64,000 nt of DNA from Mobula hypostoma (taxonomy: Eukaryota), in contig NC_086097.1 in NCBI RefSeq assembly GCF_963921235.1, positions 194,248,001 to 194,312,000 on the forward strand, given 5' to 3'. This document shows positions 1 to 11,730 of this stretch, piece by piece. How positions within the stretch are numbered: position 1 is the first letter of the stretch; every line of letters starts with the position of its first letter. The notes under the pieces are model-generated. The model worked only from the letters and a program-made list of their open reading frames with translations. It did no database searches and was not told the DNA's origin. Both the position numbers and the translations under genes were made by a program.

Positions 1-276
1 GGAGACTTATCCACTGTTATATTCCTTAAAAGCGCCAGTACTTCCTCTTCTTTAATCATCATAGTTTCCATAACTACCCTACTTGTTTCCCTTACCTTAC
101 ACAATTCAATATCTTTCTCCTCAGTGAATACCGAAGGAAAGAAATTGCTCAAAATCTCCCCCATCTATTTTGGCTCCGCACATAGCCGTCCACTCTGATT
201 CTCCAATGGACCAATTTTATCCTTTACTATCCTTTTGCTATTAATATAACTGTAGAAACCCTTTGGATTTATTTTA
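1..276 (-). mobile_element. CR1 LINE ORF2 fragment
   Basis: Resembles the minus-strand CR1 segment at about 49360-49600 (KSPG, YFASVF-type region). Confidence 0.6.
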
Positions 277-436
277 TATGATAGGGTTTTTTAAGAGATA
301 CCTGGACAGGCGGATGGAGCTCAGAAAAATAGAGGGCTATGTGTAACCCTAGTTAATTTCTAAGGTAAGGGCATGTTTGACACGGCTTTGTGGGTCGAAG
401 GGCCTGTATTGTGTTGTAGGTTTTCTATGTTTCTAA
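277..436 (+). mobile_element. CR1 LINE 3' end
   Basis: ...gggtcgaagggcctgtattgtgttgtagg followed by a (tttctatg) tail; same family at 16320-16510 and 38180-38330. Confidence 0.8.
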
Positions 437-2021
437 TGCACATTTAATGACTGTTCAATCAACCAAACCTGTACTGCACTCAGGCACCAAAGTTGCAGTT
501 AACAACTTCTGCGGAAAAACATTGTTTTTGAGTTCAGACAATAGTTTTAAGTTTAAATGTAAGCAGCAATGTTAAGTTCCTTCATTTTAGGTTCATATTT
601 TCCAATGGGGATGAACAAAAATCTTAAAATTAACAAAATAACCAAAAAAACATTGGAGATACTTTTCATGTTAGGCAGTATTGATGCAAAAGGAAACAGT
701 GAATATTGCAGGTAAAAGATCTCCTCATCTGAGAGAGGGTAAATTCTTGCACACTGCAATTTTATTCTTCTTACATTTCCAATACATATAGTAAAATAGC
801 CTCCAGTGAAGTGATGAAATTATTGTGCCAGGAAAGAATGTAATAATGTGAGTTATTTAATAGCCTCAAAATCTAGCTTTAAGTTTGAACTAATTCAGGC
901 AAATTACATAGAGAGCAGACTACTGCAGGAACTCAATGGGAAGGGGTGGGTTAAACAGCATTTGTGAAGGTAAAAGGGACCAAGTTCCTCCAGTGTTTTT
1001 TTTTCCAAATTAGTTAAATGTAAGCAACAGTTGGGCAAGATAGATTTTAAAGGTTAAATGAGGCAGAAGAGGCCATGCTGGAATCTCAGGCAAAAAAAGA
1101 AACACTGGAGGAATTCAGCAGGTCAAGTGTATCAGTGGAGGAAAATGATAACTGACACTTCAGGTCCAGACTCAACATCAGGACGATGCAAGGTCTTGAT
1201 TCCAAAATCAACTATGCCTTTGCCAGCAGTTTTTCCCTTTGAAAAGATTAATAGGATAAGACTGGTTTAAAAAAAAATTATGACCTTCTTTATCCATTGT
1301 GTACAACACAGCTGTTTTTACCAAGTTACATATGCAATTAAGTAAATTAAAAATTGGGTTTTGCAACTGAAAAAATTAGCATCAGAAGATGGAAAAAATT
1401 TATGATTCAGCAAATTGTAAAGAGAACAAACTGGATGAGAGGGAACCAATAAGATATAACAGGGTGGTTTTTGGCTTTCAGGGAATAAAAGAAAAACATG
1501 TAATCAAATCACAGTTTACATCTTCATGGCTGGGAACACAGGAAAAAAAATCAAGGGGAAACCAAATGTAAAGTAATAATATTGAAAGTAGAATAATTAA
1601 TATTAGTAAATATCTAACATTGGAGAAAAATGCAGGGTTACAAAATCTCTGAACATGAAAGCTTGCATCTTAATATTTTAAAAGTCGAGGCTACTGGAAT
1701 GGTAGTGCAAGGTTTGATATTCAATTTACCCGATATTTAGAATATTTCCTGCTGATTGGCAGAAAGCCTATCTCAGCCTTATACAAATGAGGAAGGAAAC
1801 AAAGCAGGAAACAGTAGACCAGTTAGTGTAACATCAGTTGTAGAAAGAAATTCTAGGATCAAGGATTAAAAGCAAAGCAATTAAAAACTTATTTGTACAA
1901 CTTAGATTTACAAAAATAAAGAACTTTTGAGTAAAATAGACCAGAGGTCTCAGTGGATGAAAGTCATGGATGTTAAAATCATCCAACACAAAAGACTGCG
2001 TAGACACATGACACTAAGTAA

Positions 2022-2558
2022 TACACTCTCTGGCCACTTTACTAGGTATAGGCGCGAAACCCAGTATACTCTTCTGCTGCTGTAGCCCATCCACTTCAAG
2101 GTTCGACGTGTTGTGCACTCAGAGATGCTCTTCTGCTCACCACTGTTGTAGTGCATGGTTGTTTGAGTTCCAGTTGTCTTCTTGTCAGCATGTGCCAGTC
2201 TGGCCATTCTCTTCTGACCTCTCATATCAATAAGGTGTTTTTGCTCACAGAACTGCCACTCACTGGATTCTTTTTGTTTTGTTTTTGTAACCATTCTCTG
2301 TAAACTCTAGAGACTGTTGTGTGTGAAAATCCCAGGAGATCAGCAGTTTCTGAGATACTGAAACCACCCTGTTTGGCACCAACAATCATTCCATGGTCAG
2401 TAACTTAGATCACATTTATTCCCCATTCTGATGTTTGGTCCGTACAACAATTGAACTTTTTGACCATGCTTTTATGTACTGATTGGTGTCACATGATTGG
2501 GTATTTGCATTAGAGGTGTACAGCACAGATGTACCTGATAAAGTAGTCACTGAGTATA
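2022..2558 (-). mobile_element. Non-autonomous Tc1 element (internally deleted)
   Basis: TA-flanked imperfect TIRs cactctctggccactttactaggta / tacctgataaagtagtcactgagt; transposase HTH remnant RGQKRMARL...SISECTTRRTLKWMGYSSRR. Confidence 0.85.
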
Positions 2559-2911
2559 TAACAGCATCCAGGTAGAACAAGCTAATTAAGAATTGAAGTA
2601 AAAAGTCAAATATTCAGATTACAAATATGGAAGACATTGCTGAGACTACATATGGATTAACTACCAATTTTCACCTGCTTATCCGAGGACACAAGTCTGA
2701 ACAGTGCAAGAAAACTTCATGAAAATGATTCATGCTGTACACGTGGCTCACGTCTCCAAGATTGAAAAAGAGTTGGAAAGCTAAGTGAACAAGTGACAGT
2801 GCCCTCTCCCGGGCCAACATCATGAACACTGGGGTACTAGCTATTTTGAACAGGCCATATTGTTCTTATGCCTGATAGATACTTCTTATAATTTACTAAA
2901 TTTTTTTTTTA

Positions 2912-3090
2912 TTTAGAGATACAGGCTGGGACAGGTCCTTCTGATCCAACAAGCTGCACTGCCCAGTAACCCACCTACTTAACCCCAGCTTAATCACAAT
3001 TTACAATGGCCAGTTAGCTTACTAATCAGTATGTCTTTGGATTGTGGGAGGAAACCAGAGTTCCTGGAGGAAACTCACTTGCTTACGGGT
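2912..3090 (-). mobile_element. V-SINE-like fragment; probably continues at about 3905-3950
   Basis: Core gtctttggattgtgggaggaaaccagag, the reverse complement of the V-domain-like motif. Confidence 0.6.
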
Positions 3091-3094
3091 AGCA

Positions 3095-3905
3095 ACTGAA
3101 TGGTGCCAGAGGTTTTTGCCAACCTGGGCAACTTCTTTGAGTTCATCCAGAAACACCTTAATTCTCCTGATGAGTTTTCGCCCCCCTTTTTAAGGTGGTT
3201 GGAGTCTTGTCTGAGTCCATGATCTACAGCTGTGCTCAAACTGCGTTCTTCACGAATGATGGATTCTCACTCTTTGGCATTTGCCAAGCACCGTGCGCTT
3301 CCAGGAGCGGCTTGGAAGATGTATGCCCTCAGGGTGCGGGGCCCTGTGGACAACCCAATTCCTTGTGGATGTTGCCAACTGAAGCATCATGGAAGACTGA
3401 AACATCAAGACAGCGGACACGGCTATTGGAGGCCTCAGCACTCCAGCAGGTGAGAAAGCACATGATCTCTCTCTCGATGGTGAGAGCCTGCTGATTCTCG
3501 AGTTGAGGGAACTTAAAATAACAATAAAGTGGTGAGCTACTGGCGACCCATTTCGAGAGGAACAATGTCTCTCTCCCCCTTGTTAGCGAGAGGGCCTGTT
3601 GAGGTGTCGAGGTGATGGGATGGAGAGTAATTTTGATGGTCTACAGATCTTGGTCTCTGGGGACTTGCTATTGCTTGGTGGGTGGTGGTGGGGGGGGCTA
3701 ATGCTTTCTGCTGGAACGAGTGGGGACGAGGGGGATGGTTGATGATTTGCTGCTGCTTGTGCATGGTAGCGGGGAGGGGAAGCTTTGGGGTTCTAATATT
3801 TTTCTGTCATTCATTCTTTGGTTTCTTTCTCCCTGTTTCGTGGATGTCTATGAAGAGTAAGGTTGTATACTGTACACATCTGTGAACATTAAGTTGAACC
3901 ACTGA
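3095..3905 (+). mobile_element. Non-autonomous retroposon with Rex1-like 3' tail
   Basis: GC-rich non-coding body ending ggatgtctatgaagag...ggttgtatactgtacacat...aagttgaaccactgaa; interrupts the SINE. Confidence 0.5.
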
Positions 3906-4149
3906 ACTCTGATGCCCTGAGCTATAACAACAGTGTGCTAACAACTATGCTGTTTAGACCATGACTACCAAAAGTGGAGGACTTTATTTTGAGGTAGAAT
4001 GAGAACCTTAAGGTTACACATTGGAAGCACACAACAGTTCTGTACAAATTGAGGAAAACACACAAATTATACATTTGCCTGTTTTATCAGCATATTTAAA
4101 ACACCCAGAAGAAAAATACATGATACTTTTCTTTTTGTTTTAATCATAC

Positions 4150-4229
4150 CTTGCTGCAAAAATTTGAAATAAGCCAAAGTTTGCCTTTCCACTTTCATCA
4201 GTTTTCTGCTGTTGTGGTGCTGGTGACAG
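4150..4229 (-). CDS. SMCHD1: SMCHD1 exon, last in window (~human exon 31), 80 nt
   Basis: LSPAPQQQKTDESGKANFGLFQIFAA(R); ctttcag / GTATGA. Confidence 0.92.
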
Positions 4230-5305
4230 CTGAAAGAAAATAAATAATGGTACAAGACTTAAGATTATTTTTTTCTCTCTCAAAAACATAAGCCTGAAGA
4301 AATTCAAGTAAAATTCTTAACTTACTCATGATCAGCATAAAGTACAGCAAATGTATGTTGTTGATTTATAAGATCAGTATAGGATATAAACAAATCTGTA
4401 CAACTGATCACCACCAAAAACATTGTGGGACACAAACAATAGCAAAAAATGTTCTGTAAGTTGGGCAAAGGGTAATTTGTGAAGACAAAGAATAAAACTA
4501 GGCTGGCCTTTTAAGAAGCTTCCAAGCTCTGCAATTCTTACATATCTACGTTGCCTTTGTTCACCACATTACAAGACTAAGTATTAGAAAGGTTAACAAA
4601 TATTCATATGCTGGAAGTTGAACCTCAAGAATTTGCTAGTCTAAGGTCGAGTTTTACTTTCAAATAAAGGCTAAGGGAAGATCAAATTGAATTGAAAATA
4701 ATCATAAGCAGCCTGCATCTCCTAAAAACATTTGCTTTGTTTGAAGAATTATGGCATCCTTCCAAAAGTGAGATTTTCTTTCTTCCTTTGCTCATGAATT
4801 GAAATGCCACATTTCCTGCTGGGAATGTAGTTACAGATGTAATTGTATTCTCAACCAAGACTACTAAACTTATTATTTTCCCCAACCTCTGTTCTTTCCT
4901 TCACCTGGTGCAAAACATTTTAAAGCTCAATGCAAGATCATTTTTCATACCAAGTTTGTGGGCTTCATAGGCTGAGCCAGTATTTAACCGCCAAAACCCA
5001 ATTGCTCTTGAGAAGGTGGTGAAAAGCTGCCTTCTTGAAATACTTCAGTCCTTGAGGTGTGTGTATATCCACAATGCTGTTATGGAGCGATGCTTCACTA
5101 CCAGATAAACTCAATGACTTCTATGCATTCTTTGAAAGGGAGAACACAACTACAGCTGTGAAGATCCCTGCTGCACCTGCACTCTCCATCTCAGAGGCAG
5201 ATGTTAGGCTGCCTTTAAAGAGAGTGAACCCTCGCAAGGTGGAAGGTCCCGATGGAGTACCTGGTAAGGCTCTGAAAACCTGTGTCAACCAACTAGTGGG
5301 AGTAT

Positions 5306-6292
5306 ACCACCCCACCAGCCTCCGGGTCCAACATATTATTCTCCGTAACTTCCGCCACCTCCAACAGGATCCCACCACTAAGCACATCTTTCCCTCCCCA
5401 CCTCTCTCTGCATTCCGCAGGGATCGCTCCCTACGCGACTCCCTTGTCCATTCGTCCCCCCCATCCCTCCCCACTGATCTCCTTCCTGGCACTTATCCAT
5501 GTAAGCGGAACAAGTGCTACACACGCCCTTACACTTCCTCCCTTACCACCATTCAGGGAACCAAACAGTCCTTCCAGGTGAGGCAACACTTCACCTGTGA
5601 GTCGGCTGGGGTGATATACTGCGTCCGGTGCTCCCGATGTGGCCTTCTATATATTGGCGAGACCCGACGCAGACTGGGAGACCGCTTTGCTGAACACCTA
5701 CGTTGTGTCCACCAGAGAAAGCAGGATCTCCCAGTGGCCACACATTTTAATTCCACATCCCATTCCCATTCTGACATGTCTATCCACGGCCTCCTCTACT
5801 GTAAAGATGAAGCCACACTCAGGTTGGAGGAACAACACCTTATATTCCGTCTGGGTAGCCTCCAACCTGATGGCATGAACATCGACTTCTCTAACTTCCG
5901 CTAAGGCCCCACCTCCCCCTCGTACCCCATCTGTTACTTATTTTTATACACACATTCTTTCTCTCACTCTCCTTTTTCTCCCTCTGTCCCTCTGAATATA
6001 CCCCTTGCCCATCCTCTGGGTCCCCCCCCTTGTCTTTCTTCCCGGACCTCCTGTCCCATGATCCTCTCGTATCCCTTTTGCCTATCACCTGTCCAGCTCA
6101 TGGCTCCATCCCTCCCCCTCCTGTCTTCTCCTATCATTTTGGAACTCCCCCTCCCCCTCCCACTTTCAAATCTCTTACTCACTCTTCCTTCAGTTAGTCC
6201 TGACGAAGGGTCTCGGCCTGAAACGTCGACTGTACCTCTTCCTAGAGATGCTGCCTGGCCTGCTGCGTTCACCAGCAACTTTTGTGTGTGTT
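5306..6292 (+). mobile_element. Penelope-like element (Neptune-type), 5'-truncated: Cys-rich linker, GIY-YIG endonuclease and 3' end
   Basis: PCKRNKCYT, VIYCVRCSRCGLLYIGETRRRLGDRFAEH, LQPDGMNID; flanked by a GTGGGAGTAT duplication (5296-5305 / 6293-6302). Confidence 0.92.
6195..6232 (+). ncRNA. Minimal type I hammerhead ribozyme motif in the Penelope 3' end
   Basis: tagtc-CTGACGA-agg(gtctcgg)cct-GAAA-cGTC^gactg; stem I tagtc/gactg; palindromic ACGT helix III. Confidence 0.8.
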
Positions 6293-8072
6293 GTGGGAGT
6301 ATTCAAGGTCATTTTTGACCTCTCACTGCAACAGGCAGTAGTTTCCACTTGCTTCAAAAAGGCAACAATTATACCAGTGCCTAAGAAGAATAACGTGGGT
6401 TACCTTAATGACTAACGCCCGGTAGCACTCACATCGACAGTGATGAAATGCTTTGAAAGGTTGGTCATGACTAGATTGAACTCCTGCCTGAGCAAGGACC
6501 TGGACCAATTGCAATTTGCCTATCACCACAATAGGTCAACAGCAGATTCCTAACCGAAAGACCACAATCTGTGTGGATTGGTGATAACATATCCTCCTTG
6601 CTGACGATCAATACTGGCGCACCTCAGGGGTGTGTGCTTAGCCCACTGCTCTACTCTCTATATACACATGACAGTGTGGCTAGGCATAGCTCAAATACCA
6701 TCTATAAATTTGCTGACGATACAACCATTGTTCGTAGAATCTCAGATGGTGACAAGAGGGTGTACAAGAGTGAGATATGCCAACTACTGGAGTGGTGCCA
6801 CAGTAACAACCTGGCACTCAACGTAAGACGAAAGAGCTGATTGTGGACTTCAGGAAGGGTAAGACAAAGGAACACACACCAATCCTCATAGAGGGATCAG
6901 AAGTGGAGAGAGTGAGCAGCTTCAAGTTCCTGGGTGTCAAGGTCTCTGAGGGTCTAACCTGGTCCCAACATATTGATGTAGTTATAAAAAAGGCAGACAG
7001 CGACTATACTTTATTAGGAGTCTGAAGAGATTTGGCATGTCAACAAATACACACAAAAACTTCCATAGTTGTACTGTGAAGAGCATTCAGACAGGCTGCA
7101 TCACTGTCTGGTATGGAGGGGCTACTGCACAGGACTGAAAGAAGCTGCAGAAGGTTGTAAATCTAGTCAGCTCCATCTTGGTTCTAGCCTACAAAGTACC
7201 CAGCCCATCTTTAGGGAGCAGTGTCTCAGAAAGGCAGCATCCATAATTAAGGACCTCCAGCACCCAGGGCATGCCCTTTTCTCACTGTTACCATCAGGTA
7301 GGAGGTGCAGAAGCCTGAAGACACACACTCAGCGATTCAGGAGCAGCTTCTTCTGCTATTCGATTCCTAAATGGACATTGAATCCCTGGACACTACTTCA
7401 CTTTTTTAAAAACATACAGTATTTCCCTAATTGCACTTTAAAAAAATGTATTCAATATACGTTTTACTTGTTTATTATTTTTTCTTTTTTTTTCTCTGCT
7501 AGATTATGTATTGCATTAAACTGCTGCTGCTAAGTTAACAAATTTCACGTCACATGCCAGTGATAATAAACCTGATTCTGATTATGTTCCAGGATTTTGC
7601 CTCATATATAGTGAGGGAATGGAGATACATTTCCAAGTCAGAATTGTATGTGGCCTACAGGATAATTTCCAGGCTTTTGCCACTTTTATCCTTTTAACTC
7701 GAAGTTGTTGTCCAAAGAGCCCTGAGTTGCTGAAGTGCGTCCTGTCAATGTGAATACTGCCACTATCATGTGTTGGTGGTGAAGTGAGTGAATAGCTGTG
7801 GATGGAGTCTCTCTCAAGCAGGTCTGTATGACATTGAGTTTGCTATACATTTTGCTTCTATCAGTGCCTGTCATATCCCCATCAACGCCAGACACTTTAT
7901 TAAAATTGCTCCTAATTTTTCGCAACATAGATGTTGACTGACATGAAAATTCTCATTCTCAATTCGTATAGGTATAACCAGAATGTGTTTTAGTTGCATT
8001 TTATTGTTTGTTCACTGTAACCAGGTAAGCATATATTCTAGAAATTTTTATAACAACAGACAAATTTCTTAC

Positions 8073-8198
8073 CTTTATTCCACTATCCTTTAACAAGAAA
8101 GCTTTAATCATTGGTTCAGGAGACGGATTCCTCCAAGCATCACAAAGTTGCACAATCAAAGGCTTATCAAGTGTTTGACCATTTACCACTGTGATGGG
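8073..8198 (-). CDS. SMCHD1: SMCHD1 exon (~human exon 30), 126 nt, phase 0-0
   Basis: PITVVNGQTLDKPLIVQLCDAWRNPSPEPMIKAFLLKDSGIK; tttctag / GTAAGA. Confidence 0.93.
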
Positions 8199-8476
8199 CT
8201 AGAAATAAAAATGTACAACTCAGGCAAAAAGATAAGAAACAATTGCCTTGATCACTAAGATTCAAGCAAGGTGTCCACAGAAACAAACTGCAAAGATGAC
8301 GACAAGTTGGTTCAGTCATTTTTGTTCAACCTCCAAAAACAAACTGATGCATTCAGTTGGAACATAAGAGTTCAATATATCTAGAAGTCTCAATCCATTA
8401 TTAGTTCATTATAGCTATTGTGGTTCACAAGTCAAGCAGTAGAAGTTATTCCTGATAATATTCCTCAGCATTAATC

Positions 8477-10830
8477 TAAGCTGGAAAAACTTCCAGGGCA
8501 TTAAAGTAGATAAAACCCCAGGGCCGGACAAGAGTGTATCCTTGGTCTTTGTGGGAGGCTTGAAATAAAACTGCTAAACCCTGTGTGGAGACATTTGCTT
8601 CATCATTAGCCACTGATGAAGTTCCTAAATACTGGAAGGTGGCTGATGTTATTTGAAAAGGGTAGCAAATACAGGCCAGGGAACTACAGATCACTCAGCC
8701 TGACATCAACAATGGGGAAGTTCCTATACGGAATTAAGGGACAGGACCTATCAGCATTTGGATAGTGTGATTAGGACAATTCACACTGGCTTTGTGCATG
8801 GGAAGTCAAGCTTCACAAACTTATGACATTTTTTTTGAAGAGACAACCAATAAGAGATTCATGAGTGTAGGGAAGCGTATTTTGTTTATTTGGGCCATAG
8901 CTAGGCCTTCAACAAGATCCCGCATGGTCGGCTGCTCTGGAATCCAGGGAGAGCTAGTTAGGAATATTCAGAATTGGCTCAGAGGATGGAAGCAGAGGGT
9001 GGAGGTTGCAAGTTGTTTCTCAGAATGAAGGTTGATGACTAGTGCGTCAAAGGGTTTAGTACTTGAACACTTGTTATCAGTTAATTACATAAATGATTAG
9101 GATGCAAATGCACATGGTTTTATCAGTAAGTTTGCTGATGACACAAAAGTAGGTGGTGTTGTTGATAGTGAAGGCGGTTATTGTACATTGCATGGGTTGA
9201 TCAGTTGGGGTGCTGAGATGAGAAGTGGCAAATAGATCTCAAGCAACAATATATTCCCAATAACTTTGTACTATTATTATGTCCTGTTTATATTTTATGA
9301 AACTAATAAAAAGATTGAAAAAGAAAGATCTCAAGCAAGACAAAAATGCTGGTGAACGCAACAGGTCAGGCAGCATCTATAGGAAGAGGTACGGTCAAGG
9401 TTTCGGGCTGAGACCCTTCGTCAGGACTAACTGAAAGAAGAGATTGTAAGAGATTTGAAAGTGGGAGGGGGAGGGGGAGATCCGAAATGATAGGAGAAGA
9501 CAGGAGGAGACAGGAGGGGGAGGGATGGAGCTAAGAGCTGGAAAGTTGATTGGCAAAAGGGATGCAAGGCTAGAGAAGGGAGAGGATCGTGGGACGGGAG
9601 GCCTCGGGAGAAAGAAAGGTGGAGGGAAGCTCAGAGGATGGGCAAAGAGTATAGTGAGAGGGACAGAGGGAGAAAAAAAGAGAGAATTTTAAAAAAAATA
9701 ATTAATAAATAAATAAATAATGGATGGGGTACCAAGGGGAGGTGGGGCATTAACGGAAGTTAGAGAAGTCAATGTTCATGCCATCAGGTTGGAGGCAACC
9801 CAGACGGAATACAAGTTGTTGTTCTTCCAACCTGAGTGTGGCTTCATCTTGACAGTAGAGGAGGCCATGGATAGACATATCAGAATGGGAATGGGGCGTG
9901 GAATTAAAATGTGTGGCCACTGGGAGATCCTGGTTTCTCTGGCAGACAGCATCTGCAGATTTCCTTGTTTGCGTTTTTAAATAGATCTCAATACAGTTAG
10001 TGTGAGGTGATATATTTTAGAAAGTTCAACCGGCGTAGAATTTATACTATGAATGGAAAGGCACTATGGAGTGTAATGGAACACACGGACATAGGAGTAC
10101 AACATATAGTTTATTGAAAGCGACATCACAGGTAGACAGGATAATGAAAAATTTGCTAGCCTACGGACCTATCAGCATTTGGATAGTGTGAGTAGGACAA
10201 GTCACCATTGCTTCATGCAAAGAAAATAAAGTTTTGCAAACCTTTGAAGATTTTTTTTGAAGAGGTAATCAAAAAGAGGTTCATGAGAGGAGGGCAGTGC
10301 ATTTCATTTTATTTGGACTGTGGCATTTAATTATTGTGTTGTTTTGGTCACCCTGTTATATTTAGTAAGGACAGAATTACGCCGGGAAGTGTGAAGAGGA
10401 GATTTATGAGGATACTGCCAGGACTAGAATAAAAGGGAGAGGTTGTCCAGGCTGAGTCTTGGAACATTGGAGAATGAAGGGTGACTTTATGGAAATGTTT
10501 AAGATCATGAGAGGTTGACATAAGATGGATTGCAAATCTTTGCCCAGGGTAGGGAAGTCCTAAACTAGGGGGCATAGATTTAATTTGTGGGAGGAAAGAT
10601 TTTAAAAGGGATCCGAAGGTAATCTTTTCCATACAATAGGTGGTGAATGTATGGACTGACTTGCCAGAAGCAGTGGTTGGGGCAGGTACAATAGAATCAG
10701 AAGCATTTTGTGGCTTAGAGGGATATGTGATGAATGCAAGGAATTGGACTAGCTGGGTGGGCACAGTGACTAACTGGTTAGGCCAAAGGATCTTTACTTG
10801 TGCCGTATTGCTCTATGACTCTAATTATTG
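8477..10830 (+). mobile_element. Degraded CR1 LINE with nested Penelope and poly(A)-tailed insertions
   Basis: DKTPGPD-like start, KFADDTK at about 9130, CR1 3' end at about 10780-10830; sequence resumes after the TSD at 9979-9991. Confidence 0.8.
9333..9975 (-). mobile_element. Penelope-like 3' fragment (end of GIY-YIG and 3' UTR) with a short inverted terminal piece
   Basis: Reverse complement of about 5717-6292; ends in an oppositely oriented cagcatctgcagatttccttgtttgcg. Confidence 0.88.
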
Positions 10831-10949
10831 CTGACATCCTGCTCCAGATGAAATTTGAAATTATTATAAAGTCACTCAATTATTGTGTTTCCAGATGTCC
10901 ATAATTATATTTTACATTACTTTTTAGTAATGCACTTCAATGTGATTGG

Positions 10950-11730
10950 ATTCTGCGACTAGCGGTGTTGCACAGGGATCTGTAACAGGACCCTTGCCGT
11001 TTATGATTGGGAGCTGGATGTAGGTGGCATGATGTGTTAGTCTTCAGATGAAACTAAGACTGATGGAAATGTAGATAGAGTAGAGGGTATTCTTAGGCTA
11101 CAGAGTAATATTAATGAAGAAGACTGGGAAATCTCATATGGAGTTTGTTACGCAATGATTATGAGAGCACTAATGAGGCTAGGACATGCACAATGAATGG
11201 TGGGTTCCTGGAGACAGTGGGACCTTAGTATACATGTCTAAAGGTGCCAGTTCTCACTGGTTAAGAACGCATATGGGACGCTGGACTTCATTGGTCAGGA
11301 CAGTGAATACAAGATCAGACATGTTGCGGTCCAACTTTATGAAACATTGGTCAGACCTCAGATACTCTGGTTACCATACCAAAGGAAGGATGTGATAGAA
11401 GCGGCGAGAATACAGAGGAAATGTACCAAGATGTTGCCAGGGACAGAATGTTTCAGTTGAGGAGACAGAATGAAAAAGCTGTTTTCCCTGGAGTAGAGGA
11501 GGTTAAGAGGAGGCCTAATTGAGGGGTATAGATGGGAATGTGTTTTCTCCACTTACCCTATTTCAACGATTTAGCAGAATTTAGAAGGATTATTTTCAGA
11601 GAGTGGGCTGAATCTGGAACGTATCACTGGAAAGAGTAGTGATTGCAGAGGTGCTGACACCATTCAAGTGTCCAGATGCTAGACAAACATTTGAATCATT
11701 GAGCCAAGGGCTGGAGCATGGGATTATTAT
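10950..11730 (+). mobile_element. Highly degraded CR1 LINE fragment
   Basis: actagcggtgttgcacagggatctgt...ggaccct (SGVPQGS-like), aaacattggtcagacctca, ggagtagaggaggttaagaggagg. Confidence 0.7.

Larger units (their letters stand above)
5105..7583 (+). mobile_element. Rex1/Babar-type LINE, 5'-truncated and degraded, interrupted by a Penelope insertion
   Basis: [46 protein letters not shown]; tail aataaacctgattctgatt. Confidence 0.9.

Noticed and set aside
1..4149. Search for the next SMCHD1 exon (GEH...EGP...ILPDPEKP-like)
   Set aside because: No matching sequence found; it presumably lies beyond the left edge of the window
4682..4905. Minus-strand 67-aa ORF near an acceptor-like ttttgcaccag, a possible extra SMCHD1 exon
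   Set aside because: The flanking exons already join in frame and match the recalled ortholog; the ORF runs to a stop with no convincing donor
5891..6318. Short ORFs over the Penelope 3' UTR (also 63479-63889) and many other 60-150-aa ORFs in the track
   Set aside because: Shadow or antisense frames of TEs and low-complexity sequence; no independent gene evidence
10163..10325. Duplicate of 8744-8900 suggesting an LTR pair
   Set aside because: Both copies are internal CR1 RT sequence; no TG..CA ends, PBS or PPT
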